DNA of 64,000 bases from a bacterium (GTDB lineage Bacteria; UBA10199; 2-02-FULL-50-16; JAJFLM01): positions 1,946,181 through 2,010,180 of the forward strand of contig CBDCFN010000016.1 in assembly GCA_965216315.1 (NCBI GenBank). The letters run 5' to 3'. How positions within the stretch are numbered: the first letter of the stretch is position 1; each line of letters opens with the position of its first letter. Shown here one piece after another: positions 9,292 to 20,200 of the stretch. The position numbers were made by a program, and so were the translations under genes. The notes below the pieces were generated by a model that saw only the letters and a list, made by a program, of their open reading frames with translations, was not told the origin of the DNA and searched no databases.

Positions 9292-11271
9292 ATGCGAAAA
9301 TTACTCTGTCTAATCATTGTTGCCATTCTACCGTTCATAGTCAATTGCGCCGGCAGCGGATGGGGACCGAACTCTCCTAAAAATCCCAATCTGTACAAAG
9401 GTTCATTTAGCCGATCAGACTTTAATGTACCGGTGGTGCTCAATGAGCATACTGCAAAATGGCTGGACTTCTATCAGAAGCGCGGTCGCAAACACTTTGC
9501 CCGGCACCTGAATCGATCTTATCGATACATTCCCCAGATGAAGAAAATACTCAAAGAGCATGGCCTCCCAACAGACCTCGTTTATATCGCGTTGATTGAG
9601 AGTGGCTTTAACGCCAAGGCACATTCCCACGCGAATGCGGTCGGTTTCTGGCAATTCATTTCGGCAACAGGACGTCGTTACGATCTCAAGATAAACCGTC
9701 ATGTTGATGAACGACGCGACTTTGTCAAAGCCACCCACGCAGCGGCACGCTACCTCAAAGATCTCCATAATATGTTCGGTCATTGGTACCTTGCGGCTTC
9801 CGGCTACAATGCCGGCGAAGGCACCATTATGCGAGCTATCAAAAAAACCGGTTCTAAAGATTTTTGGACACTCGCTGACAGCAAATATCTTCGCAGTGAG
9901 ACCAAGAACTATATTCCCAAATACCTCGCGGCAATGATTATCGCGAAAAATCCGGAGCGTTTTGGCTATGATAATCTGGAGCCGCAGGCTCCACTTGAGT
10001 ATGAAACTATTCAAGTTCGTGGCAATCCCGTCGATTTACGCGTCGCCGCTAAGTTATTAAAGCGGGATAAAGCGGAACTGGAGACATTGAATCCAGAACT
10101 CAAGCTCGGCATGACCCCGCCCAATCGCAAATCGTACGCCCTGCGCGTCCCAAGCGGTCAGGGCGGACGCATGCGCAGCAAACTCGCCTCGATGCCCAAA
10201 CATTTGCGTATGGCGCAACGTGAGCACCATGTTGTCGCCGGCGAAACGCTGGAATCCCTGGCCAAGCAAAACAATATGTCCCTCAAATACTTTGCGATGG
10301 CCAACGGCATGAGCGCAAAAAGCTCTCTCAAGCCGGGGCAAAGAATAGGCATCCCTTTTAAACCACCTCGCGACATGTGGCGTTATAAAGGTAGCGGCAA
10401 AAGTGGGGTTTATTATCATCGTGTTCGTGCCGGCGATTCTCTCTGGAAGATTGCACAGCGTTACAAAGTTCCCATGCGCAAACTTCGTAAGTGGAACAAG
10501 GGGAAAATCGGCAAACATTTAAAGCCCGGACAAAAAATTGCACTGCGCGGCAGTAAAAATAAATATCAAAAGAAAGCGAGCCAGTCTAAAACGGTCGTCG
10601 CCAGCAAGAGCAAGCGTTCCGGCAAAACGGTCAAGTACCGGGTCAAATCAGGAGATAGTCTTTGGACCATTGCCAGTGCTCACGGCGTCAGTATCAGCGA
10701 GCTCAAGTCCTGGAATCAAGGCACGCTTAAAAAACATCTAAAGCCCGGTCAAAGACTGGTCATTAAAGGAGCCGGCAACACAAAGGTAAAATCGAGTCAA
10801 AGTGTCATCGTTGCGAGTAATGCGAACACAAGCAAAACGAAAAAAAGCACTGGCAATTATAAAGTACAATCGGGCGATAGCCTCTGGACCATTGCCCAAA
10901 AGAACAAAGTCAGTGTCTCCCAGCTGAAAAAATGGAATGAAGGCAATATTGGTCGTCACCTCAAACCCGGTCAGCGCATCAAAATTGTCAAGAGCGGGTC
11001 GGCTTCACAGTCTAAACCGCGCACGAACGCAGCGAAACCAACAACGGTTGCTAAGGCCGAGTCCACTCCGGCGATTTCAACTGCCACCAAACAGAAGACG
11101 ATTATGCATAAAATCTCTTCCGGCGATACGTTATGGGATATCGCGCGCAAGTACGGTGTCAGTACGCGTGACATCAAAAAATGGAACGGGATTGACCAAG
11201 TCAAGCGCCTACGTCCGGGTAATAGGTTGAAAATCTACGTGAAACGGGCGGCGACGCCGTCGAAGGCCTAG
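9292..11271 (+). CDS. mltD: Membrane-bound lytic murein transglycosylase (SLT domain) with five C-terminal LysM repeats, MltD-like
   Basis: SLT catalytic region (ALIESGFNAKAHSHANAVGFWQF, YNAGEG). Five LysM units (e.g. YRVKSGDSLWTIASAHGVS...LKPGQ). I prefer ATG 9292 (GGAGG six nt upstream, signal peptide) over the TTG at 9271 in the ORF track. Confidence 0.85.
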   Translation: MRKLLCLIIVAILPFIVNCAGSGWGPNSPKNPNLYKGSFSRSDFNVPVVLNEHTAKWLDFYQKRGRKHFARHLNRSYRYIPQMKKILKEHGLPTDLVYIALIESGFNAKAHSHANAVGFWQFISATGRRYDLKINRHVDERRDFVKATHAAARYLKDLHNMFGHWYLAASGYNAGEGTIMRAIKKTGSKDFWTLADSKYLRSETKNYIPKYLAAMIIAKNPERFGYDNLEPQAPLEYETIQVRGNPVDLRVAAKLLKRDKAELETLNPELKLGMTPPNRKSYALRVPSGQGGRMRSKLASMPKHLRMAQREHHVVAGETLESLAKQNNMSLKYFAMANGMSAKSSLKPGQRIGIPFKPPRDMWRYKGSGKSGVYYHRVRAGDSLWKIAQRYKVPMRKLRKWNKGKIGKHLKPGQKIALRGSKNKYQKKASQSKTVVASKSKRSGKTVKYRVKSGDSLWTIASAHGVSISELKSWNQGTLKKHLKPGQRLVIKGAGNTKVKSSQSVIVASNANTSKTKKSTGNYKVQSGDSLWTIAQKNKVSVSQLKKWNEGNIGRHLKPGQRIKIVKSGSASQSKPRTNAAKPTTVAKAESTPAISTATKQKTIMHKISSGDTLWDIARKYGVSTRDIKKWNGIDQVKRLRPGNRLKIYVKRAATPSKA

Positions 11272-13973
11272 ATAAGGCGCGAAAAGAATTCGGCGACTCT
11301 GAAGGCCGTCAACTGTAGGGTCGTGGAGGCCCCGCGTCCCAGCAAACCGGACCACCAAGACCGCTTTTCATCGGTTTCACCCAGGCCAAAAGCCCGCGCG
11401 CCTTCTCGGCTCGCGGTTGCCAAGCCTTCAGTCGCCATACTGATGGCAAGGGCACTGACCAAAAAGGTTCCGAATTCCGGTGAACCTACGGCATAAAAGG
11501 CGCCGCCTAAGAGACCTGTTGTTGCCACGGGAATTCCCACCTTGGCCATCGCTCTCAGGGCGGACGTCCCTGAAGAGGCATTCTCCGTCGCCACTATATC
11601 GCTATCTCCCTCGGCAGATTGATCGGTCCCGCTTTCATCTTGCGTTTGACTTGCGGCTGTTGCCGGTAACGCTTTCTTCTGTTGAGAATTTGAAGCAACG
11701 AGACCTCCAATATCTAAGCCCCAGCGCAACCCTTGAAAAGCGAACAAGGCCGTACCCAATAAAAGACCCACCATCGGATACGTTGCGATCTCCGGCGCTT
11801 CCATGCCCGCATAGTGAGCTCCAATCATTAACGGCAAGACACGCTGGACCCACACGCGCCGCATGAACGGGGAAGACCCATCACGAACCAAACCGGCCGA
11901 CAAAAACATCGAAGCAATGGCTGCTGAGGTCCCCATCGCAATCGATCCCGAATTACCGATAAGCTCAAGGACATTCAGAGGCTTGTCCGCGAGTGCGGTG
12001 ACGACGGCATCAGCGGCCACCGCCCCTCCATAATAGGACAAACCTGTTGGAACGCCATGGCCGGCTATCGCTCGTCCCCAGTCGGACAGATAAGGAGCCC
12101 AACCTTCTCGATAGGTATCGGTGACAACGGTTTCGCGATCCCCCTGCCGTGACATCCGTATCGTAACAGTCCCTTTGGCGCCCCCTAATAGAAAACCGAT
12201 AACACCACTGCGCTCACTGACATTAACCCCGTTGTACGTCGTAAGGACCTTATTCTCAAAATCCCGCTTCGAACAATTCGTCGTATAAACAATACCCGGC
12301 TCTTCGCCGCGAACCGCTAATTTGACAAGCGGGTGGTCGGAGGGAGAGTCCGTATACACCCCGGCAATTCGGTATTCAACACCGAGCTCCTTTAAAGGCT
12401 CGAAAAGTCTTTCTTCTAATAAGTCTATTTTTGATTCATCATGGTTCCAATGAAACTCTCCGGTCAGTTCTTTGTTACCTTCTTCCGTTTCACGGACTCC
12501 AAACCAGGTCCCCTGAACATTTTCTGCCGGCACCCCATATTTTGCCAGTACCCCGGCAACAAGTTTTTCGGGAGAGGCGGATGAAATAATTACCAGGCGA
12601 CCCGCGGCGATATGCTTGCGAAGCTCCTCCATCACAAAGGCACTATGCCCCATGTCGCCATAATACTTGATGAAGCGCTCAAAGCTGTCTTCGAATTTGT
12701 AGGGATCTCCTATCTCCAGCGCCTTGGCAATAATACGCTGCGTTGAATCCTTGTCGGCTTCCCCCTTTACTTTTTCTATTACGCCATTAATCAATCCCGG
12801 GATAACGACAGCGAGAGTCTTAATCAGAGAAACCCCCACGGAATGACGTGGATGAGGCACCACATCGAGGAGCAACCATTCCGCCCACAATTGGCCGTGC
12901 CTCACGACCAGGCCGCGACGTCGTCGCAAGGTACCGTCGTAATCAAATATAACCATTTCAACCGGCTCGTCCCGATAAGCCTCCGGATTGGAGCGTATCT
13001 TGGACAGGGTCAGGGCTTCGATAGATCCTTCACGATGAGCGGCTCCCGCTGTTAAACGTCTCGCTTCACTCGCGGCCCGTGCGATCGCGTTTTTCGAATG
13101 CTTCTCCGATGCGGTAATCTGGCGGATCTTTAGAATCGTCGGCGCCTCGCGTGCCAATAAATCAAGTTGGGTTGGATTCAGGGTCGTTACCTGCTCCACC
13201 GCACCCACCGCCTTGCTCTCACTGTGGACACCCAAAAGCTCTTGCGGCGTTTCTTCTAATAAAGCTTGATGTTCCTCCGTGAAACGGGCGTCCCCGCGCA
13301 GACTTCGCAATGCTTCAGCCACGGGTGATGGAAAATCATCGAGAACTTCATCGGAGAGAACTATTTTGAGTGCATTTCGAAGGTGCCGTAGTTCCTTAAC
13401 ATCGAGGTCCAAACCGGCCTTTTCGAAGGCTGCAAGCACTCTTGCCTCGTCGGATAGCGCCTCGCTGCCTGATCCGGCCGCCATTCTTGCTTCGGCTGAT
13501 TCCCTAAGCTGCGCCGTCACCTCTTCGAGACGTTCCACCCCTTTTAGAACTGATTGGGGAGAGGTAGTGGACCCCGAAGAAGCCGGAACAAATTCCTTCA
13601 GAACTTCGATACGCTTGTCTTCGTTGAGCTCTTGAAGGAGCTGCGGTGAAGGGAGGCTATCAACTGAGCCTGTAAAGACGCGCGCAGCAGATTCCGCAGC
13701 GGACGACAATTCAAGACGGGTCAGGCTGGGCTCGTCTTCTACGATCGGACTCATGATCGTGCGCAAGGATCCTATCGCCTGCTGCGGCGGGATATCCAAA
13801 CCTAGATTTGAAAGAATATTCACCGACTGCATTTGTAAGGCATTCGTGCTCGCAAGCGCCGGTGCCAATGAAGTGTTTAATGCGGCTGTACCAAAAAAAG
13901 TCATATGTCTCCCATCAGCAAAAAAGGCGGTCACATCAGCGCCGCCTCTTATCCGCCTTATCGCGGGGCCCAC
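11268..13973 (-). CDS. Large orphan protein: helical N-terminal region, HAD-superfamily (HAD-IB/SerB-like) phosphatase core, Gly/Ala-rich polytopic C-terminus
   Basis: HAD motif I FDYDGT, motif II IISSAS, motif IV YTDSPSDHP. C-terminal hydrophobic segments. The true start is uncertain (an internal Met at MTFFGTAAL is possible). Confidence 0.6.
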   Translation of the reverse strand: MGPAIRRIRGGADVTAFFADGRHMTFFGTAALNTSLAPALASTNALQMQSVNILSNLGLDIPPQQAIGSLRTIMSPIVEDEPSLTRLELSSAAESAARVFTGSVDSLPSPQLLQELNEDKRIEVLKEFVPASSGSTTSPQSVLKGVERLEEVTAQLRESAEARMAAGSGSEALSDEARVLAAFEKAGLDLDVKELRHLRNALKIVLSDEVLDDFPSPVAEALRSLRGDARFTEEHQALLEETPQELLGVHSESKAVGAVEQVTTLNPTQLDLLAREAPTILKIRQITASEKHSKNAIARAASEARRLTAGAAHREGSIEALTLSKIRSNPEAYRDEPVEMVIFDYDGTLRRRRGLVVRHGQLWAEWLLLDVVPHPRHSVGVSLIKTLAVVIPGLINGVIEKVKGEADKDSTQRIIAKALEIGDPYKFEDSFERFIKYYGDMGHSAFVMEELRKHIAAGRLVIISSASPEKLVAGVLAKYGVPAENVQGTWFGVRETEEGNKELTGEFHWNHDESKIDLLEERLFEPLKELGVEYRIAGVYTDSPSDHPLVKLAVRGEEPGIVYTTNCSKRDFENKVLTTYNGVNVSERSGVIGFLLGGAKGTVTIRMSRQGDRETVVTDTYREGWAPYLSDWGRAIAGHGVPTGLSYYGGAVAADAVVTALADKPLNVLELIGNSGSIAMGTSAAIASMFLSAGLVRDGSSPFMRRVWVQRVLPLMIGAHYAGMEAPEIATYPMVGLLLGTALFAFQGLRWGLDIGGLVASNSQQKKALPATAASQTQDESGTDQSAEGDSDIVATENASSGTSALRAMAKVGIPVATTGLLGGAFYAVGSPEFGTFLVSALAISMATEGLATASREGARAFGLGETDEKRSWWSGLLGRGASTTLQLTAFRVAEFFSRLI

Positions 13974-14254
13974 AGGAATGTTGCGTCTATTTACCGAAGA
14001 TAAGCCTATGATATGAAAAGGGTTTCAAAAATTTTCAAGCGAGAGAGACGTCCTCTTCGAGGAAGATGACGCACGTCCTCAAATGTACTCTCGGGAGTTT
14101 ATCTCAATCTATGTTAGCCGGGACGAGTTTTAAATAAACTTGGCAATCCGGATTTTGTTTTCGAAAAAACCTGTATACAAATGAATACATTAATGTGATT
14201 TTGCCTGTTTTTGTTAGCCTTTCTTAGCAACATCTCTCTGAAGAATGCGATGCC

Positions 14255-17200
14255 TTGAGTATGGGAGACGGTGCGATTCCCAAGGGGAGTAATTCCCCAG
14301 GGGACAACTCCATTCAGCCAACCGATCAACGGAATGTCGTGGGGACAAATTCCGCAGGGCCCAGTACGGCCTTCCAGAGCCAGCCTCAACTTCCCATCGA
14401 CGGTTTCCTTGATATATCTTTGTCCGGACGCCTGCCTCATCGCGGCAAGGACGGTCGCGGCCCGTGGTTTGTGGATCGACATCGTTCACTAGAGCGTTTC
14501 GGTGGCGAATTTGCCGTCCGCGGGGGGCCCTTTGAAGTCAACGGAAAACTCCCGATCCGGAACGGATTCCTCGATCTAAGCGGCAACATACTCAACTTGA
14601 CGGGCCTGAAATTCTACGATGTCGGCGGCGGCACGGTCAGTGGCAATCTATGGAGTGCCGATGGCGCCCTCTTCACCGCCAAGCGTATTTCGCTGGATGA
14701 AAATGGTGTGCCGCGTCTTTATGGCTCCACTCTCTTTGGAGCCCCCTTTGACGACAAACTCCGCATCGTCGGCAATAACCCGTACGTCTTTCCCTATGGC
14801 CTCAATGCCGGTGGCGAGCTCATCTGTCACGCGAACAATCGCGATACCGTCGTCACTCCCTTTGCGGCTTCCTCTTCGTTACGCGACAACGGGCTTCCGT
14901 CCAGCTGGGCTCTTACTTCCATGTTGGGGCTCGGTGATGAAATGAAGGACGTCGCCAACACGGTTAGCGATGCCGGAATACTCGAGCTGTACAGCATGGT
15001 TTTTCATCAGTCCACTAGCGACCTGGAATATGCTCGCAGCGAGCTGACGAATTATCAGCAGACGATCTCCCAAATGGATGCGGCTTCGTTTCGCGTGTTC
15101 TATGGACAGCTTTACGAGCTCGATGACGGGAGACTTTCTCGCATTCCCGATGATTTCCTCAACAAGGCACATGCAGCCTTTGCCAAAGATTTGATTTTTA
15201 ATGCCGCTCCGCGAGGGTGCCGGCCCGACCCGAGCTTTGACATCAGCAATATGCCGGACTGGATGAAAAACGACCCGCTCATGCTGATCGACAACGCCCG
15301 CATTAACGGAGATTTTGCTTTTACGGACTCCCACATACGACTCCCATCCCTCCAGGGGAAACCACCCGTTTCGGTTCTCCTGGGGGGCGGAGTCACTAAG
15401 GCCACCGTTGATGTCAGTTACAAGAACCCCGAACTCATTGCTTGGAAAGGTGGTGAACGCGATAAGGCAACCCTAGCCAATCTCCGCCATGAACGTGAAT
15501 TCAATGCGGCGATTAAGACTCAATTCGATATTGTTTCCGTCAAACTGGGCGACAAAGAACTGCGTATCCCGCTGTCCGGCAATATGGACCTGACGGCGCA
15601 ACTCAAGGGATTATTCCCAACTCGCAAACCGGAAAACTTGACCGCCTATATAATGATGAATGGACTGGTGACGCTCAACGGAGACATTGTTGTCCCGGCG
15701 CTTGACGGTATGCCCGAAATCAAGATTGAGCGCGGCAAAGGAACGAACCAAGTCAGTGCCAAAAATTTTTCGCTCACTCACAAGAATGGACTCATCACCG
15801 TGGGCGGTGAACTGGATGCCCACTTTAATTTCAATAAGCTACAGATTGGCAACATAACGGCACCAGGCCCTCATAACATCGACTTATCAGTCAAAGCAGA
15901 TGAAAAGGCCGTCGTGATGGAACTCGGGGGTCGAATGACGCTACCACGTTCCGGCTATCCCATTCCCTTGCAAGTCGCCCTTTCCCGCGGCTACCTTGAA
16001 CTCGACAAGTTGAAAGTCGTCATCGATAACCCCAGCTCCATCGACAATGTCAAAGGCACTTTTGGAGGCACCATCGCCCTGAAGGACCTTGCCGGAACGG
16101 TTGATAGCCACCCGGTCACGGCGAACGCCGCGGTTACGATCAAAGATGGCCGGTTTACTTTTAAGCAGGGACAGATCGATGCCGACTTCAAGCTCGGCAT
16201 CGATGCTAAAGGCACAATTAATAATCAAGGCGTCGATATCCAGCTCCAGAGTGATGTCGGCATCCATGACAGCGGTGTCTGCCAGGTTGATGGCACCAGT
16301 CTTTCTTGGCGCCACATCGGCATGCAGAATGTTGGTGGATCAATCAAGGCAAATTTTAACGGCATCGGCATAGATGCCCCGAAGGGCTCATTTGGCGATG
16401 GAACTGTCGCGGAATTTGACGGTCAAGTGATTTCCCCCGGCATTCACATGAAAGCGGACGTCGATGGCCCGCGTTTCGGACTCTTTGCAACCACAACAAT
16501 CAACACTCAAGTCAAGGGCGTTCAAATCGCCACCCCACAGGGAAAATTTGAAATCAGTGGACAGCTTGTCGGGACGATGAAATTTGTCAACATCTCCAAA
16601 GATCCAAAGGTCCCTGATTTTAAACCGGTCGTCGGTTCGATGCGTTTCGAGCTCCGCAATGGTCAAGTCGCCATGATCGAAGGTGGAAGCAAATTGAATG
16701 TTCTTAATGGGGCCACCCTAGAGATTAAGGACAATGATCAGGGTGTATTCAGCCTGATCGCACATAATCGAATTAATCTCGGTGGCGCGATGGCCAAATT
16801 CGGCTTAGGTGACATTCGTAAGACACTCGGCCTTCCGGGTTCCGTTTCCAACCACCTAAAGATCAGTGAAATCAAAATTGATCCTGCCGGCATTCATCAA
16901 CACTATCCTGAGATGACACCGGCCGTGTTTGGACTCGCCAATGATCCATTATTGAAAATTGGCCCGACGGGCAATGAGCAATGGCATCAAACCAACCCAC
17001 CCGACTTTTGTCCGGCCGACCCGACAACATACAGTACGCAACCCGTCGCCACCTATTATGACCCGGGCACGATTGATACAATCAACATTCCTTCAATCAT
17101 CCTGCGAGCGACCGGAGGCGGTACGACGCTGCTTTCCGCCCATGGCGGGGCTAAAATCAGCGGTCTCACTACCGACGAGCCCAAGGCCAAATATCACTTG

Positions 17201-20200
17201 GGTACGACGCTCAAAGGACGCAAGTTTAAACTGCCTCAAGGTGAGGTCAAAGTTGGCAGTAGTTATCTTTATCTTTCCGGCGTCAATGAAAAGGTAGGCC
17301 TCAGCCTACGACCCCCGCGCGAGATCAAAGTCGACGTAAAACATACGCAAGACGGCATTACTTATGAAGTGAAAGGAACTTTAAAACCGAAAGGTCGCAT
17401 CCACGCCTCTGTTAATCTAAAAGGCAAAAGCATTACCATCCACAAACCGAAAAATCCGCATAGTTTTTCCGGCGATGTTGAGATCGTCGCCAAAGATAGT
17501 ACCGGAAAAATTATTGGTAGCGGAAAAGTCGGGCTGGAAACAAAGTACAAGGTCAGTGGAACTGCAGGAACGGCTCGGGCCCGTTTCGATATCAGTGTTC
17601 CCAGTACAATTCTCTCTGGTGAACTGACCCACCCCGTGACCACTCAGGGCATAACTATTGCTAAAGGTCTGCGCTTTAAAATTCCCATCACGGGGTTCAA
17701 AGGCAAGATAAGTGCCGATTTCACCAACTCAAATAATCCCAGCATGACCAGCACATGGACGCTGCCGAGTGTCGGCTCCGGCGACAGTGTTCCCGAGGTA
17801 ACCATCCCTGGGATCCAACTCGCCGGTCTCGGCGAAAAGGGACATCTTCAGGATATGACAGTCAACTTCCACCTCAACCCCAAAGGACAACAGGTGAAAG
17901 TCGACGCGAGCAAAACCGGCGGCATTACCTTTAGAGCTCTACCCGGACCCAGCGGCAAACCACGTAAGATTGAATTATCCTTTGCAGTCGATGAAAAAGG
18001 CAACAAGGTCAAGATCGCCGGCACCAGCACATCCTCCGCTTTAGTCAGTGGAAATGTCTTGCCAAACGGCGAAATCAAGATAGATGTAAGCCAGCTTTTG
18101 GTCGACAGCAAGACCAATGGAGCCGTTAAACAACCTGTTCAACTTGATTTAAATGGTCTGAATACACTTGCGAAGCTCCCGGGACTGCAGGTCTATTTCA
18201 ATCCGCAGACTAAAAAGGTCCGCTTCGTCGTCAAAGCCGCTCCCTACAAAATGCCGGCTCAACCGAAAAGCTTTCAAGATTTCTTCAAATGGACCCCGCA
18301 GCAGTGGAAAAAGTACTATGCGGATGTTAACAAGCAGCAGCACCTCTTGCGCATGTCGGAACCCAACGTCGATGCCCTGCGCAAGGGAGCCGGCCTGCAC
18401 ATCCCGGCGGGTAAAGGCGACATCCTCGTCAACCTGAAAAAATCGATTGATATCACCTTCCCGCTCGATAATCAGTTAGCAAGTAAAGTAACCGCGGGAC
18501 TTAATGCAGTGCTCGATATCCGTCGCGCGCAACCCGCTCCTCCACCCTGCAACAAGCGCTGTCCGGCCATCATCCTGTCTCATAACCAAGACCCCAAGGG
18601 TGTCCTGTATTTCACTGAAACACTGGATTCAAAGGGACAGCCGCGGATTCATCCGGATCTTCCGGGACTTCTCGAAAAAGGTTTGGGCATCAAGCGTGAT
18701 GATGTCGATAAGCTTCTGCAGGATCGACGTATCGGCCTCCCTGAAGTTATTGACCACGTGTATAAAGATAAGAACGTCAGTCGCTATTTCAGCAAAGCCG
18801 ATATAGAAAGTCTCCTCAAGACTTATCTGACTTCTCCGGTGCCCAACGGAACCTTCCGTCAAATGGCACTCCGCTCCCTGGTAACATTAGCCACGATCCG
18901 TAAGATTGGCGATCTTAACAAGCCTCACAATAAACGTCTCCCCGTCCATGGCCATGTATTTGGACCGGATAGCTATCACAGCGTCTCCAAAGGAGATGGC
19001 AGTAACATGCAGTTCTTGGGTGTTCTGCCGGTTGACCCAGCCAAACTCGAAACCATTTTCAAAAACCCTCGCTTGATGGGGAAATGGGACCACTGGGTGG
19101 ATCAAATCAAAGTCACCGGCAATGTCGTTAGCGGACGCCTTCTGCGTAAATATAAATTCACCGTCACGACAACGACGGCGCGCGAAGGCAACATTCGCCT
19201 CATTCATTTCCATCTAAAGCCCAAAAAGGGTGACAAGATGAAGGCCTATACGCGAACGGTCCGCCTCGTTCCCGTAAAGAATGTCAAAGATCCCAAGACC
19301 GGGCGCGTTATCAAACAAGGCACCCTCGTCATGATGGACGAGCATGCCGACTTCGAAGGTCGCGATACCGATCTCCCCTTCCCGCGGACGCGCATTCCCG
19401 TGAAGCCAAAGATAGCCTGGAAAGGTTTTCTAGAGGGAACACTCCGCGTTGTCGAGCCACCGACAAGTAACGTTTCCAAACACGGAATGAATCGTTTTGC
19501 GGTCTCGGCGAGCAACCTACTCGCCCTGGCAAAAGGAGCGAAACCGGCCTTATCATATGACTCAAGCAGAGGAAGCCAGAGTAAGACGGTCCGCCGTGTC
19601 GATTTCCTCACGATGGGACAAAACAAGAGTTCGCAATGGGTCTTAAAGATAGACCAGAATGCCCGTTCCAATGATGTCCAACCCTATTTCAAGGCCTTGG
19701 GCATCCCAGATGCCAAGATCAATCAATGGATCAATAAAAAGGAACTCCCCCTGGACGATCTCAGAACCTTATCGGGCTTGGATCAATACCTCGACGAGGC
19801 GTCGTTCCGCGCGCTGGCCCATGCGACGCTGAATCCATCGAGTTCTCAATTTGGTTCCACAACAGAGCGCTATTTCGTCACGCTCGGCCACTTCAAGAAA
19901 CGCGCCAAGGCCTTACAAACCCGCAGTGGCAAGCAATTGAAAGGTGATATCATCGTCTTTAAAGATAGTCGCTTCCATCCCAAAATTTCGCAGAAGAGTC
20001 GACGTCAAGGTGATACTGTCGATTCATTAGGATTCTACTACATACCCGGAACGCTTAATTGGCGTGGCACCAACATGAAACTAGACATCGATAAATTTAC
20101 GGGAACTATTCACCATGCCGAGGATTACGCTCGCTTAGACGGTGGCAATTTCGGCAGCTCCAAGGTTATTCCGCACGCGACCTTGTCAGACCCGAGTAAG

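Noticed and set aside
14114-14489. Minus-strand ORFs 14114-14482 (122 aa) and 14214-14489 (91 aa) as small genes between the two giant genes.
   Set aside because: No RBS, odd composition, and overlap with the + strand giant ORF start region. They are more likely an artefact of the GC-rich sequence.
14040-14500. RNase P RNA, cobalamin riboswitch or FMN riboswitch in the multi-frame-open GC-rich stretch upstream of and within the start of the giant gene.
   Set aside because: I checked both strands by eye for hallmark motifs (GAGGAAAGUCCGGGC / ACAGAAxCCGGCUUA for RNase P; the GCCACUG B12 box; RFN core). Only loose partial resemblances were found (e.g. gaggcaggcgtccggac, cccggctaa). No family assignment is justified.
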